Shown: one piece after another, positions 18,762-64,000 of the stretch | Layout of the letters: each line of letters opens with the position of its first letter | How positions within the stretch are numbered: position 1 is the first letter of the stretch | From: the human T2T-CHM13v2.0 reference genome, Homo sapiens | DNA: 64,000 nt | Direction: 5' to 3' (one strand) | Assembly (NCBI RefSeq): GCF_009914755.1 | Contig: NC_060941.1 | Notes under the pieces: generated by a model | The model's database searches: none | Told to the model about the DNA's origin: nothing | What the model saw: only the letters and a program-made list of their open reading frames with translations | Position numbers and translations under genes: made by a program

Positions 18762-18762
18762 A
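18713..18762. repeat. (AAAT)n microsatellite in an Alu tail; similar (TTTA)n at 29236-29267 and 43148-43184
   Basis: Read directly; about 12 units. Confidence 0.95.
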
Positions 18763-18784
18763 AGCTGTGGCAGAAGAGTTCCCA

Positions 18785-19262
18785 CAAGGGAATGCCCTAA
18801 ACTGTCTCAAGACAAGGCTGGTTGGGATTCTAAAGAAAGAACCACTAATCGCCAGGGTGATCAGTCCAAAGCATTTATAAGCATTCATTAGGGGAACTTC
18901 CTTACAGAGTGGGCTGCACCACTGCTCTCAATGGACAGCGAGAGAAATGAGGTGTTCTACCTAGGTATGTCGACAGCAAGAGGGTCAGGGCATGGAGTTT
19001 ATATGAAGGTTTAAGGAATTTGGCTCAGGGCCAGGGCCAGTTTCTTTCAGTATTTTGGGCAACAACCTAGATACCTTTATCTAGGTATCTAGATATCTAT
19101 AGGCACCTTTATCTAGGTATCTAGATATCTATAGGCACCTTTATCTAGGTATCTAGGTGCCTGGGAATGTTCAAGGACCCAGTTTGGATTCAACCCTGCA
19201 GCTAGCTGGATCACAGCCTGGTCAGGACACGGACAGAAAGCAGGGGAACTGGGGACCTTACA
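18785..19262 (-). mobile_element. Solo ERVL-class LTR (MER54/MER73-like; subfamily unverified)
   Basis: The - strand begins TGTAAGGTCCCCAGTTCCCC. TATA-like CATATAAA near 19000 and poly(A)-signal-like ATAAATGC near 18875. Confidence 0.6.
19073..19156. repeat. 32-bp tandem repeat, about 2.6 copies (ACCTTTATCTAGGTATCTAGATATCTATAGGC)
   Basis: Identical units at 19073-19104 and 19105-19136, partial unit at 19137-19156. Confidence 0.95.
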
Positions 19263-19459
19263 GAGAAACTGTCCCCAAATATATAAAACAGCACCCCTGC
19301 TTTATCCTGTAGCCTCCTTTTCTTCACAGCGCTGACCAACGTGTCACCACCCAACACATTACTTGGCTTTGTGTTGATATCTTGCAATCTGCCTCTCTCT
19401 AAATCTGGGTACTGCTGTATCCAAGGTGCCAAAAACAGGGCCTGACAAATAGGCCCTTA

Positions 19460-19813
<354 letters not shown>

Positions 19814-20323
19814 TTAGCTCATGGGCAAGCTGGAACTCAACATTAACTTTTTTTGTTTTTGTTTTTGAGACGGAGCCTTGCTCTGTTGCCCAGGCTGGAA
19901 TGCAATGGTGCGGTTTTGGCTTACTGCAACCTCTACCTCCTGGGTTAAAGCGATTCTCCTGCCTCAGCCTCCCGAGTAGCTGGATTACAGCCACTGCCAC
20001 CACGCCCAGCTAATTTTTTTTGTATTTTTAGTAGAGACGGGATTTCACCACGTTGGCCAGGCTGGTTTCGAACTCCTGACCTCAAGTGATCCGCTTGCCT
20101 CGGCCTCCCACAAGTGCTAGGATTACAGGCGTGAGCCACTGTGCCTGGCAACATCAACTATTTTAAAATGAGAATCACAAAACCTTTCCACATTACTTCC
20201 CACCTCCACATTCCTGGACTGACAATATATTGGGCTAAAAGATGAGGAAAATGTGGGAGAGAGTGCCTAGGAAGGTGAGCTTCCCAGCAGGCGGAACTAG
20301 AGTGTAAGAGCAGCACTTTCTCA

Positions 20324-20806
<483 letters not shown>

Positions 20807-21019
20807 CTACCCAGCTCCTCCTTCACACTCACCCATCTCCCATGTTTCAGAGAAAGGCATAACCATCCACCCATGCTAAATCATACTGAGGTGAGGTGCA
20901 CGGTCCCACAGGGTGAAAATCCCCTGGGCACCAGAAAGGGCAATTCAAAAGGTCAGTATTCATGCTAAGAAAGTGACTGCCTACAGTGACTAAGGAACAA
21001 ATCCTTGCATGAGTCAGGT

Positions 21020-23720
<2,701 letters not shown>

Positions 23721-24029
23721 TTTCTTTTTCTTTTCCTTTTTTTTTTTTTTTTTTTTTTTGAAACAGAGTCTTGCTCTTGTCACCCAGGCTGGAGTGCAGT
23801 GGCACGATCTCAGCTCACTGCAACCTCTGCTTCCTGAGTTCAAGTGATTCTCCTACCTCGACCTCCTGAGTAGCTGGGATTGCAGGCACCCGCCACCACA
23901 CCCAGCTAATTTTTTTGTATTTTTAGTAGAGATGGAGTTTCACCATGTTGGCCAGGCTGGTCTCAAACTCCTGACCTCAGGTGATCTGCCTGCCTCAGCC
24001 TCCCAAAATACTGGGATTACCAGGCGTGA

Positions 24030-24377
<348 letters not shown>

Positions 24378-25074
24378 TAATTTTCAAAACAAAGCTAAGT
24401 TCGTGGCTTGCCTGCCTTCAGCTATCAGCCCTCTTCTTCTCTCCTTAAGGTACAGGCACCAAGAGGGGCTCGGAGACCATTTAAACGTTATTTACCAAGG
24501 GGACAGATTCAGACCTTGGTGAAGACAGACAGAGGAGGATTTGGTGGGAATTTAGGGCCCTGCTGAGACAAAAACCACCCGAACCCGTCTGTCCACTTTC
24601 TATCCATCTACCAGATCTCTAGCATTTCACCCCTTTCCCCAGGCCTATGCCAGCACTGTGCCACACCAACTCAATCTTGATTTATTCAGGTAAAATGAGC
24701 ACTCTCCCTCCTGCAAAAACAAACACGTTTAAGACATAAAACATATTCAAAGGCTTCCATTTCCTCACCGTTAGAATTGAGACTTAATGTCAAAGTTCAC
24801 TTGGGTAGGTTGAATCATTTTCCCACAACTAAGGGAGAGTGAAAAATCTTTGAAAACTCTGTAAGCAAACACCTGAAATGCCAACGCCTCCTTTGCGGAG
24901 CTGGGGAAGGAAGAGACGGGTGGCCGGATGGCCTCCCTCACTAGTTGGTGGGCGTGAGATCCACGCCGCCCCAGTCCCGGGGGCCTTCACTAAAACCTTA
25001 ACTGGCCTCCCAGGGGAGAGGGAAGCGGAGGAGAGGGGTCTGAAAATCGGAGATGATCACTCAGCTCAACAGTA

Positions 25075-25420
25075 AAGCACTTTATACCCACCCTATGGGA
25101 CAGATACTGTAGCTTTATTCCCATTTTTCAGATGAGCAAACTTGGGATCGGAAAGATACCCCAAGGTCACACAACTGAAGTGGCAGAAGCTAGATTCAAG
25201 AATCAATCGGCCCGCAAAGTTCTAAAGGGCAGTGGCTTTGGTCTGATCCTGAGTTTGAATCCACAATCTCCAGCCCTTTCTAGCTGTAAACCTTCCTGCG
25301 CGTCCTCAGCCGTAAAACAGAGGAAATAACACGTTGCTTGGTAGGGTTGCTGTCAAGACAATGGGCCGTGGATATAAAAGCACTTGCCTTAGTGCTGGCC
25401 GCATACGACGCGCTCAATAC
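25075..25420. mobile_element. MIR elements flanking the CpG island (others near 5350-5520, 7800-7900, 10170-10250, 26170-26450, 30200-30320, 33560-33690, 38370-38790)
   Basis: MIR core motifs cccatttttcagatgag.aaact and cccaaggtcacacaact..agtggcaga. Confidence 0.65.
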
Positions 25421-25555
25421 ATCGTAACTCAGGCTTTCAAAAGAGGCCCGTACGCCCCACTAGGCCGCGAAATTGGGTCGCCCGGGGCGGTGGCAGCCCC
25501 GCGTAGCAGCCGCGGCCAGGGCCCGCCCCCTCCCCGGCGCCCGGCTGGCTCTCAC

Positions 25556-25750
25556 CGGCCCGCGTGGCGCGCTACGTACCCAGCGCCTCCGCCGTGGCCC
25601 AGGCCTCCGCCTCTAGCCCAATCTCCGCAGCGCTTACAGGCCGGCTCAGCGGGCGAGGCGGGACCTCGGGAGCGCGCGCCTGCAGACCGGACGTCCGGCC
25701 AGCAGGCGGGGCCGGGAGAGGTTGGACGGGCGGGGCCGGGAGAGGTTGGG
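25556..25750 (-). other. DCAKD: Candidate DCAKD proximal non-coding first exon (5' end uncertain)
   Basis: Donor CCG|GTGAGA at 25555 inside a dense CpG island, oriented toward the DCAKD coding exons. Confidence 0.7.
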
Positions 25751-25990
25751 CGGGCGGGCGGACGCGGGAGAGGTTGGGCGGGCGGGCGGACGCGGGAGAG
25801 GTTGGGCGGGCGGGCGGACGCGGGAGAGGTTGGGCGGGCGGGCGGACGCGGGAGAGGTTGGGCGGGCGGGCGGACGCGGGAGAGGTTGGGCGGGCGGGCG
25901 GACGCGGGAGAGGTTGGGCGGGCGGGCGGACGCGGGAGAGGTTGGGCGGGAGAGGTTGGGCGGGAGGGCGGCCGGACGGACGCGGGAGAG
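25714..25990. repeat. GC-rich minisatellite, 28-bp unit GGGAGAGGTTGGGCGGGCGGGCGGACGC
   Basis: Seven identical units at 25738-25933 (AGAGGTT recurs every 28 bp), plus degenerate or 14-bp half units on both sides. Confidence 0.97.
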
Positions 25991-26456
25991 GCCGGCGGGG
26001 AGAGCTCGGCCCCGGAGCACGGCACAGAGGTCCCCCGCAACCCCCGACCCGGAGCCATAAATTTTCCTTTCCCCGGAGCCGGGAAGGAGAGGGAGAGAGA
26101 GGAGAGGGGCAAAACTGCAGGGTCCTAACTTCGGATATAAAGCTCGGCCACTCGCTACTTGTGCAGCCTTGGCAGAGGTGATCATGAGCACTTTCCACCT
26201 GCCAGGTCCTAAGAGCACTTTGTGGGATTATCTCAGCCCGCACAGTCCGCAGGGTGGATACTATCATCATCCCCATTTTACACAACAGGAAACTATGTTT
26301 AGCGGTTAATCCATTTGCCCTCTCATACAAAGTCATGTGATTGCAGAGCCCGCATCCTGTCCATACAAGCCTAGCAAGCCACTCAGCCTCTCATCCTGTC
26401 TCCTCTCAAAGTGGGGATAATCGCAGCCGTGCAGCGTTGTTGAAAGAATACATAAA

Positions 26457-34420
<7,964 letters not shown>

Positions 34421-34759
34421 AAAAGGGTCGTTGTGGAAAATTCTTGTGGGGAATTAAAGGGACCACGTGTGCGCGAAAGAGCTTGGCGAAGATAAGTACC
34501 TGGAGGCCAAGATGAGGCGGCGAGCCCTGCCTCCCTAGCAGTGTGGTCTCCTGGCTTAGGGTCAGTGCTTCGCACAAAAAAATCCACTGCCTCTCATGAG
34601 ACCTTGAACTGCCAATGACCGCAGGTTGCCCAGACTCCCGAGTGAGGAAGGCGGCCAGGAGTCAACTAGGCTTCTTGCGGAAAAGCCCACTCTAAGAAGG
34701 CCTGGGGCATTCCGGCTCCAGGCAGGTAGCACCCGCGGGCCTCAGGCCCTTTCACTTAC

Positions 34760-35000
34760 CCGGGAAACGTAACGGTCCTTAACGGCAGCCAATAACGGCT
34801 CCCAGCGGCCCAGGCACTGGCAAGGGCAGGCTGAAATCAAACCTCGGATTTTGGAACCTCCACGCCTGAAACCCTAAACCAGCATCGAACTACAACTCCC
34901 ATCATGCCAGGCGGCCGCCCGGTTCCCAAGGGTCGGTCCCACCAACCTTGCGCCCCTTCTTTCCTCAAAGCGTGGCCGAATGCCTAGGCTTCCGGGTATC
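34760..35000 (-). other. DCAKD: Candidate DCAKD distal non-coding first exon, divergent from NMT1 (5' end uncertain)
   Basis: Consensus donor CGG|GTAAGT at 34759 on the - strand, in the CpG island about 440 bp upstream of the NMT1 ATG. Confidence 0.7.
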
Positions 35001-35087
35001 AGTGGCCCCGCCTCTTAATCCGACCGGAGCCGTCCCTCGTGATTCCTGGGTATTGTAGTCAGTTTCCTGGGAAAGAGTCGCTCCTAG

Positions 35088-35333
<246 letters not shown>

Positions 35334-36389
35334 TAACGAAATCCTCGGAGTCCAATTCCCGTCCAGCCTCCCACAACCTGGGTCTCTGGGGTGCGGGGAA
35401 GTCACCGGGAGCTTAGTCTAGCCCCACCCTCATGTTCTTATTGGCTAAGTCACTAGGATTCTGCCTGGCGATTGGTTATTGCCTTTGTCATTTACCAAGG
35501 GTGGGTGCTCTGGATATTAAGGGCCGGAGACGTTCAGTACTTTTATTATATAAAAGTTCTATGCAGTGTTCCACTCGTGTGCTTCAGGCCATTCCTGGGA
35601 AAAGAGCATGTTGGACGATGGTTTTCGATGGTACAACACAGGACAGTCTAGTAACAGTACAGTTCAAAGGGAACGTTACTTATAGACGTGTTGTTTGAAC
35701 AACGTGACTAGCAATAAACGAATCATAAAACATTTCGCAGCAGTTCACCCTCAGTGAGGAAACTCATCAGACTATACAAACTGTATGTATAATTATATTG
35801 TAAAATATCACTACCAGAGAATCCCAAAATATAAACTCACCTTATAAACCTATGTAATTAACGGTATGGTAATGCTTTGATTTACATAGTTTCCATTGCT
35901 CCAAATAATCCATAAGTATCCTGAACGATATATTAATATAATTAAGTCTTCGAACATCTTTGCCTTGTTACCTTTGCAGAGCAGCCCCAGGCTTCAAGAA
36001 ATGAGCGATGTTGTTTCTTGGAGAGTATTTGGAATCCTCGGGCTCCATACTGCCTATCCTGTACTTTAGGGTCTTGCCATTAGTTACTATTTGTTCCTAG
36101 GGATGAAGAAACACACCAGGCATTTGAATGTTGAATTCTTTTCCCAAATTAGTTTTTACTTCTGTAAGCCACAGCTTATTCATCTTTCTTCACATGGTTA
36201 GTGCCTGGCACTGGCACTCACGCTGTCTCTCCCCATCTTCCTGTCTATATTTGTAGATATATTTTTAAACTGAAAGTCGTGAGAGATTTTTGGGTGTATA
36301 ACTTGCTGAGTCTGAGGTAGTCTGATTTTCGTAGCCAGCTTGTTATTCGCAGTATTGGTGGCAGTGCAGATATAAAGGTATAAAGACCA

Positions 36390-36714
36390 AGGACTGCGTA
36401 GAAGAGATGGTCCCACAAGATTATAGTACATATTTTTATTGTATCCTTTCTATGTTTAGGTATGCTTAGATACACAAATACTTACCATTGTATTATAGTT
36501 GCCTGCAGTACTCAGTAACATGCAGCAGCCTATTGCTCCTAGGCTACAAACCTGTATAGCATGTTACTGTAATGTACACCATATAGCCTAGGCATTTAGT
36601 AGGCTATACCATCTAGATTTGTGTAAGTACACCCTATAATGTTGGCAAGGCAAAAATCACCTAACCATGCATTTCCCAGCACATATGCCTGACGTTCAGT
36701 GAAGCATGACTGTA
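36390..36714 (-). mobile_element. Tigger3a/MER7-like non-autonomous DNA transposon
   Basis: Ends in ...gcatgactg followed by TA (CAGTCATGC terminal repeat). Internal blocks tagatacacaaatacttaccattg and ggctataccatctag..ttgtgtaagtacac. Confidence 0.8.
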
Positions 36715-36804
36715 TTTAAGTGGTTTATAATCTGCTTGTGGTAAATCTTAGGTTAAAAGATCTAGCTTTTATGTTCTTCAGCCGGCATTAAAAATCACAG
36801 GAAG

Positions 36805-37183
<379 letters not shown>

Positions 37184-37478
37184 CTAATGTAATAAAAGTC
37201 TTCTTTTGAAGTTTGATATTCCTAAAAATGGAAGAGCTGAGAAAGAGGAAGTAGGAACAGGAAGAAGGGAAAGTGAAGCTCTCCTGAGTAGAGATCTGAA
37301 TCACAGATGAGAGTTGGTGAATGTGAAAGTCATTCCAGAAGTGAAAGTGTGGCATTTTCTTTGCTCTTTTTGTAGTTGCTTTTATTTTTATCTTCTTAAC
37401 TGTTGTCCTGACCAGTGTCCTTAGGTTTGTGCCCTATAATCTGTGAATCACTTTTCAAAACTGTGTGCCAGAAAGTTA

Positions 37479-54940
<17,462 letters not shown>

Positions 54941-55425
54941 TGATTTGGGCATTTCTCATGACTGACCATTTTGGACACAGATTGTGGCAATGTTAATGTG
55001 CCTTTTTCCTCATCCCTCACTCCCTTTTCATACTGTCTTGTGCTCCAGATCCAGCTGGGGAAAATCATGAAACCTAATACATTTGGGAGGTGGAGGAAGG
55101 AAGGGCAAAGCATTCCAGAAAGCCCATCACTGCCTTTTGGCTGTCATCCTTTTACATTCAGAGTTCAAGGAAGTATTGTGGTATGAATGCCTTGTTAACA
55201 ATTATCATTCGTCTTTGGTGCCATTACCCTGGCAATATAAAGAAAATAAGCAACATAAAAGCAAGAACGGAAAAGGCCCTTTCACACAAATAGGACATCC
55301 CTTGCCCAGCACTCCCTCCCTGAAAGCCGAGGGGGCGCGAGTCAGGAGGAGTGCTGGTGTCCTCCAAATGCCCTTTCTGGACCTGGGTTCTTCAGCCTGC
55401 TTCTGAAGCCAACAGGCTTGATTAA

Positions 55426-55650
<225 letters not shown>

Positions 55651-56594
55651 TGACTCAGTCACTTTTTCACATGAGAGAGTTTTGAGGTGAATGTATAGGA
55701 TCAACTTGGATTGACGTTCTCCACTGGTATTACTTCAAGATGGAAGAGTTGGATCCCAGTGCTGTCCTCTGCTGCCCTAGACCTAGGTGATGAAACTGCT
55801 CTCAGTACCCTAAAAGACACAGCAGGTCAGACACTGACTCCCAAGCATGGTGCCCATCAGAATGGACAGGTGCGTACTGCATGTGCTGCTGTGCCAGTGC
55901 CCTGGGGAGCTACGTGTGACAGCCCCTGGCGCCTAGAGCAGTGGTTCTCTGTCTTAAGTCCCCACCGCTCTGACAATGAAAGGCCCCCCCTTTCTTTTTG
56001 AGACAGAGTCTTACTCTGTTGCCCAGGCTAGAGTGTAGTTCATGATTATAGCTCACTGCAGCCTCCACTCCTGGGCTCAAGTGATCCTCCCACCTCAGCC
56101 TCCCAAGTAGCTGGGACTGCAGGTGCATGCCACCACACCTGTCCAGTTTTTTTTTTTTTTTAATTTTTTGTAAAGATGGAGTCTCACTATGTTACCCAAG
56201 CTGGGTCTTGAACTCCTGGGCTCAAGCAATCCTCCTGCCCTAGCCTCCCAAAGTGCTGGGATTACAAGCGTGAGCCACTGCATTCAGCCAAAGACTTCTT
56301 CTTAAGACCTTTATATATTTGCAAACATTCTCTTAATGCCATAGTCATTATAATGAAAGCCATGAGTCCCACAGAGTCTTTCTGAGTTCTACTCCATGAG
56401 AACCACTGGCCTAAAGGCTTACAACCTGAGAGTGATGCACTGGCATGAAACCCAGAGATATGGGTAAGGATTGTTTTGTTTCTTAAATAAAACAACATTA
56501 CAAAATAAAACAATTGCAGGTAAGTGTTGTCTTCTTCAAAGTAGGCTGACAGAGGCAGGGGGACAACTCAAACATATTCATAATTCACCTTTTA

Positions 56595-56976
<382 letters not shown>

Positions 56977-57086
56977 TCAGGAATTTGAGACCAGCCTGGC
57001 CAACATGGTGAAACCCTGCCTCTACTGAAGATACAAAAAAAAATTAGCCAGGCTTGGTGGCACGCACCTGTAATCTCAGCTACTCA

Positions 57087-57218
<132 letters not shown>

Positions 57219-57879
57219 TTAAAAAAAGGAACAGCCTCTGAAACAGTTTATAAGCCTCGCAAAAATCCATATTCATTCCAATATACCCACACTTTGCTGT
57301 ATGCCTCAAATGTTATGCCTCAGCTTGAATCTGCTACCTTATTGAGATATGACTTCAAGTAATTTTTTTACTATTTCCAATATAAAACCCGCTATGAAAA
57401 AATACCATTATTATTTAATACCATGTTGCACTTCATTTAAATTAGCTCCAAACCATCACCATCCCTACAAGGTAGGTAGGGGTCTTCCCTTTTTATTCAT
57501 TTAATTTATTTTTGAGACTCTGTCATTCAGGTTGGAGTGCAGAAGTACGAACATGGCTGACCGCAGCCTCAACCTCCTGGGCTCAAGCAATCTTCCCACC
57601 TCAGCCTCCCGAGTAGCCAGGACTACAGGTGTGCACCACGACACCCAGCTAATTTTTTTATTATTTGTAGACATGGGGTCTCCCTGCATTACTCAGGTTG
57701 ATCTCTAACTCAGGCTCAAGAGATCTGCCTGCCATGGCCTCCTAAATTGCTGAGATTACAGGAGTGAGCCATCACACATGGCCGAGAATTTATTTAATAA
57801 ACTGCAAGGGGAAGAAAATTAAAATGCCACTTCCCAGGCCTAAGCAATATGAACATACTGGTTTATATTCTTTCTTTCC

Positions 57880-59330
<1,451 letters not shown>

Positions 59331-59522
59331 CAATTTTAGTTTTTGAAAAGTGTGTGTGCATTTGGAACTTGTATGCAAAAAAGTCTGGAATTATATTTGC
59401 CTCTTCTCACCTTCCCAAGTGAAGACTATTGATCACAAAGATTATATTTGGGGGATGGGATTGTTGGGTGTTTACTTTCTATGTGTCTTACACATTTCTG
59501 CATTGTTTGAAATTTACATTGA

Positions 59523-59915
<393 letters not shown>

Positions 59916-59918
59916 TGA

Positions 59919-60131
<213 letters not shown>

Positions 60132-60322
60132 TAGGATTACAGGTGCCCGCCACCACGCCTGGCTAATTTTTGTATTTTTAGTAGAGACAGGGTTTCACCA
60201 TGTTGGTCAGGTGGGTCTCGAACTCCTAACCTCAAGTGATCTGCCCGCCTTGGCCTCCCAAAATGTTGGGATTACAGGCATGAGCCACTGCACCCAGCTC
60301 CCCTTAACTCTTGAACTCATAA

Positions 60323-60685
<363 letters not shown>

Positions 60686-60929
60686 TAAAGACTATCATTC
60701 AGAGACCTTACCATTTTATAGCAGCACACCTTGAGAACAAATAATGATTCTTGCCAACAGCACTGGCTCACACCTATAATCTCAGCACTTTGGGAGGCCG
60801 AGGTGGGAGGATTGTTTGAGCCCAAAAGTTCGAGACCAGCCTGGGCAACATAGACCTTGTTTCCACAAAAAGTAAAAAAAAAAAAAATAGCCAGGCATAG
60901 TGACATGCACCTGTAGTCCCAGCTACTCA

Positions 60930-61082
<153 letters not shown>

Positions 61083-61779
61083 CTATTGGCACATGAAGAG
61101 TGGGAATGTCTGCCCAGAGGTCTTTTTTCCACTTAGGTTTATAGAGACTTTGTCTTGTTTGTCTGGGCACATGTTTATTCCTGGAATGGGCAAAGTCCCC
61201 AGCCTCTTCCCCTTTGTCTCCTAGCCAATGCATGCTTACTAAATGCAAAGTGGTTTGAGATTTTGCTTAGCAGTGATGGTTCAACAACAGGAATACTATA
61301 TATAGATTTCATTAGCACCCCTTAAAAAAGCTATAATGAATTGCTAAAGGGGTGGAATAGGCAGAATATCTAAAAGGATTCTGGAAGGGACTGGATCCTG
61401 TTAGACGTGCCTGCCAAGACTGAGCCAAGCCAACCTTGATGGCTGACTTCAGGACTCAGCTGACAAAGTTTCTGAAGTGGTTGTAACATGATTCTGGACC
61501 CATTGGTGGCCTAGTTCCTGTTTTCTTTGTGACTGGGAAAGTAAGTATGTTGAAAAAAACATATTCCAACACCAAATGTAAATGACTTTCAGCTTGTCCA
61601 CATTACTGCTCCCCTCCAGAAACACAATGAGACTTCACTAGTATGTTCGGTGCAGAGGAGGAGGGTGGGGCAGGGCCAGACAGGGTAGGGCTAAAGACTG
61701 GTGAGGTGAGGAAGGCAGCTGTGCCCAAGGAGATTTGTTTGCTGCAGAGGTTGGGAGCAGCTAATCCATGAGGCCTGCA

Positions 61780-61910
61780 GACCTGCAGGATGGGCATTGC
61801 CTAATTGCTAGTAGAAATGCAGTTTGTCGGGCCCCACCCCAAAGCTGCAGAATCAGAACTGCCAGAGGATTTCTGTCCACTTTGAAAGTTTGAGAAGCTC
61901 TGCTCTAGAG
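61780..61910 (+). mobile_element. MER5A-like (hAT-Charlie) fragment
   Basis: tagaaatgcag..tgtcgggccccacccca...gaatcagaa...aagtttgagaagctctgctctaga. Confidence 0.7.
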
Positions 61911-62483
61911 CGGATGCAGTTCTTAGAAGCTTGGTCACAATAGAAGCAAGCTGAGGAGGTGCATCCCCACGGGTGAGGGAGAGCAGAGCACTGCCCAGGT
62001 GGACAAGAGGGGTGCTGATTCCCCCATCACCGTGTGTGTTTGGCTGCCCTCATCGGCCAGGTCCCAGGCCCACTGGCTAAGCCCTCCAGCAAGGCTTTGG
62101 GCCACAGGGTAGGGTCCCAGTGACCAGTTTCTCGCTGAGGAGCAGGAAAGATGCAGAGAGCCACACATCTCACCTCTGAATGAAATCCCTGATGAGGTGT
62201 TGTGTGGTGGCTGCCATGTATCTTGGCTCTGTTTTCAGATGGCATTTTGGAGTTTTGGTTTGATTTTATTTTTCCTGAGGAATTTGCAAATGAGTAACCT
62301 TGCTACATTCTTCACAGATAGTGGCACTTGGGAAAGAGGCAGATTGAGGCTGGGCGCAGTGGCTCACGCCTGTAATCCCAGCACTTTGGGAGGTCGAGGC
62401 AGGCGGATGACCTGAGGTCAGGAGTTCGAGACCAGCCTGGCCAACATGGTAAAACCTCGTCTCTACTAAAAATACAAAAACTA

Positions 62484-62669
<186 letters not shown>

Positions 62670-63600
62670 TTAATTTGCTTCTGTTCCTCTTCAGCCCAGC
62701 ATACTTTGTTTTCCTTTCACCTGTAAATGTAGAAAGTGCTTCAGTTTAGTTCTCAGAAAGCTCAAGAGAAAACCACACAGTTGCTCATACGGGCCCTGAC
62801 ACTTTGAGGAAGGAGGAACAAGGTCTGGTTTTATTTCTTCTGGCTTTGCCTTCTGTGCAGTGTGTGGTGTCGGACTCCATGGAAGAGCAGTCACCCTGAG
62901 CATCTGACTAGTCTGCCTTTGAGGTCCAGGGTCAGTCAAGCCCCAGTTAGATTCCTGTGTTTGTGTCAGCCTGTAAAAAGTGCCACCTTGGCAGGCGTGT
63001 TAGCCTGCATGGCTGAGGCGTCACCCTAGTTCTGAGTTTTCTCAGGGGTGGTGGTACCTACAGCTTCTTGCCCTAATTTTTTTTTCACTTAATTGGAGGA
63101 CTAATGATTATAAATCTCGTGCATATCAGCTGCACTGTGTTTTTACAGTACTCTCCACCTTCTTGGGAGAGTTTTAATTAGATGGTATTCCACTAAAGAA
63201 ACCTACAAGTCTCTCTGATTTATTTATTTATTTATGAGACAGAGTCTCACTCTGTCGCCCAGGCTGGAGTGCAGTGGCGTTTTCTCGGCTCACTGCAACC
63301 TCTGCCTCCCAGGTTCAAGCAGTTCTCTGCCTCAGCCTCCCGAGTAGTTGGGATTACAGGTGCCCACCACCACGCCCGGCTAATTTTTGTATTTTTAGTA
63401 GAGACAGGGTTTCACCATCTTGGCCAGGCTGGTCTTGAACTCCTGACCTCGTGATCCACGTGCCTTGGCCTCCCAAAGTGCTAGGATTACAGGCATGAGC
63501 TACCGCACCCGGCCCTCTCTTTTATTTTCTTGAGACAGGATCTCGCTCTGCTGCCCAGGCTGGAGTGCAGTGGTATGATCATGGCTCACTGCAGCCTTGA

Positions 63601-63807
<207 letters not shown>

Positions 63808-64000
63808 TGACTGAGACCTGCAATTCTTTAGAAGCTTAAAATTATCCTAGGTTTACCATGGAAAGGCCTTCTTAGGCCGGGTGTAGTGGCTCAATGCCTG
63901 TAATCCCAGCACTTTGGGAGGCCAAGGCAGGAGGATTGCTTGAGCCCAGCAGCTCAAGACCAGCCTGGACAACAGGGAAAGACCTCGTCTCTACAAAAAA

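Larger units (their letters stand above)
25390..26080. promoter_or_regulatory. CpG island / proximal DCAKD promoter
   Basis: Very GC- and CpG-rich, many GGGCGG boxes, contains a - strand splice donor at 25555. Confidence 0.85.

Noticed and set aside
19073-19156. CRISPR-like repeat appearance (also 51117-51195)
   Set aside because: Eukaryotic intron, no series of unique spacers, no cas genes. These are simple duplications.
25334-26336. Six overlapping long ORFs (112-264 aa) on both strands
   Set aside because: They result from a stop-free GC-rich 28-bp VNTR. The translations are low-complexity G/R/A or P/A/R repeats in all frames.

Overview
Human (or very closely related great-ape) genomic DNA from the DCAKD/NMT1 head-to-head locus (17q21 by recognition of the encoded proteins). 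On the - strand are three coding exons of DCAKD (dephospho-CoA kinase domain-containing; c.1-404; the last coding exon lies left of the window) and two candidate non-coding first exons in two CpG islands (~25.5 kb and ~34.8 kb). On the + strand are the first three coding exons of NMT1 (N-myristoyltransferase 1, residues 1-128). The genes share a compact bidirectional CpG promoter with three ACTACA/ZNF143-type motifs. The remainder is extremely Alu-dense intron with MIR, L2, L1, LTR and DNA-transposon relics and a Y3 RNA retrocopy. Nearly all ORFs in the supplied track are Alu-, antisense- or VNTR-derived artefacts. I found no new protein-coding system. The most unusual non-coding items are a G-quadruplex-type 28-bp VNTR in the proximal DCAKD promoter, an Alu+MER41 cassette that looks like a retroposed 3' end of an mRNA, and several template-switch-like palindrome/duplication scars. 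Repeat subfamily names are from memory of consensus sequences and were not checked by a search.
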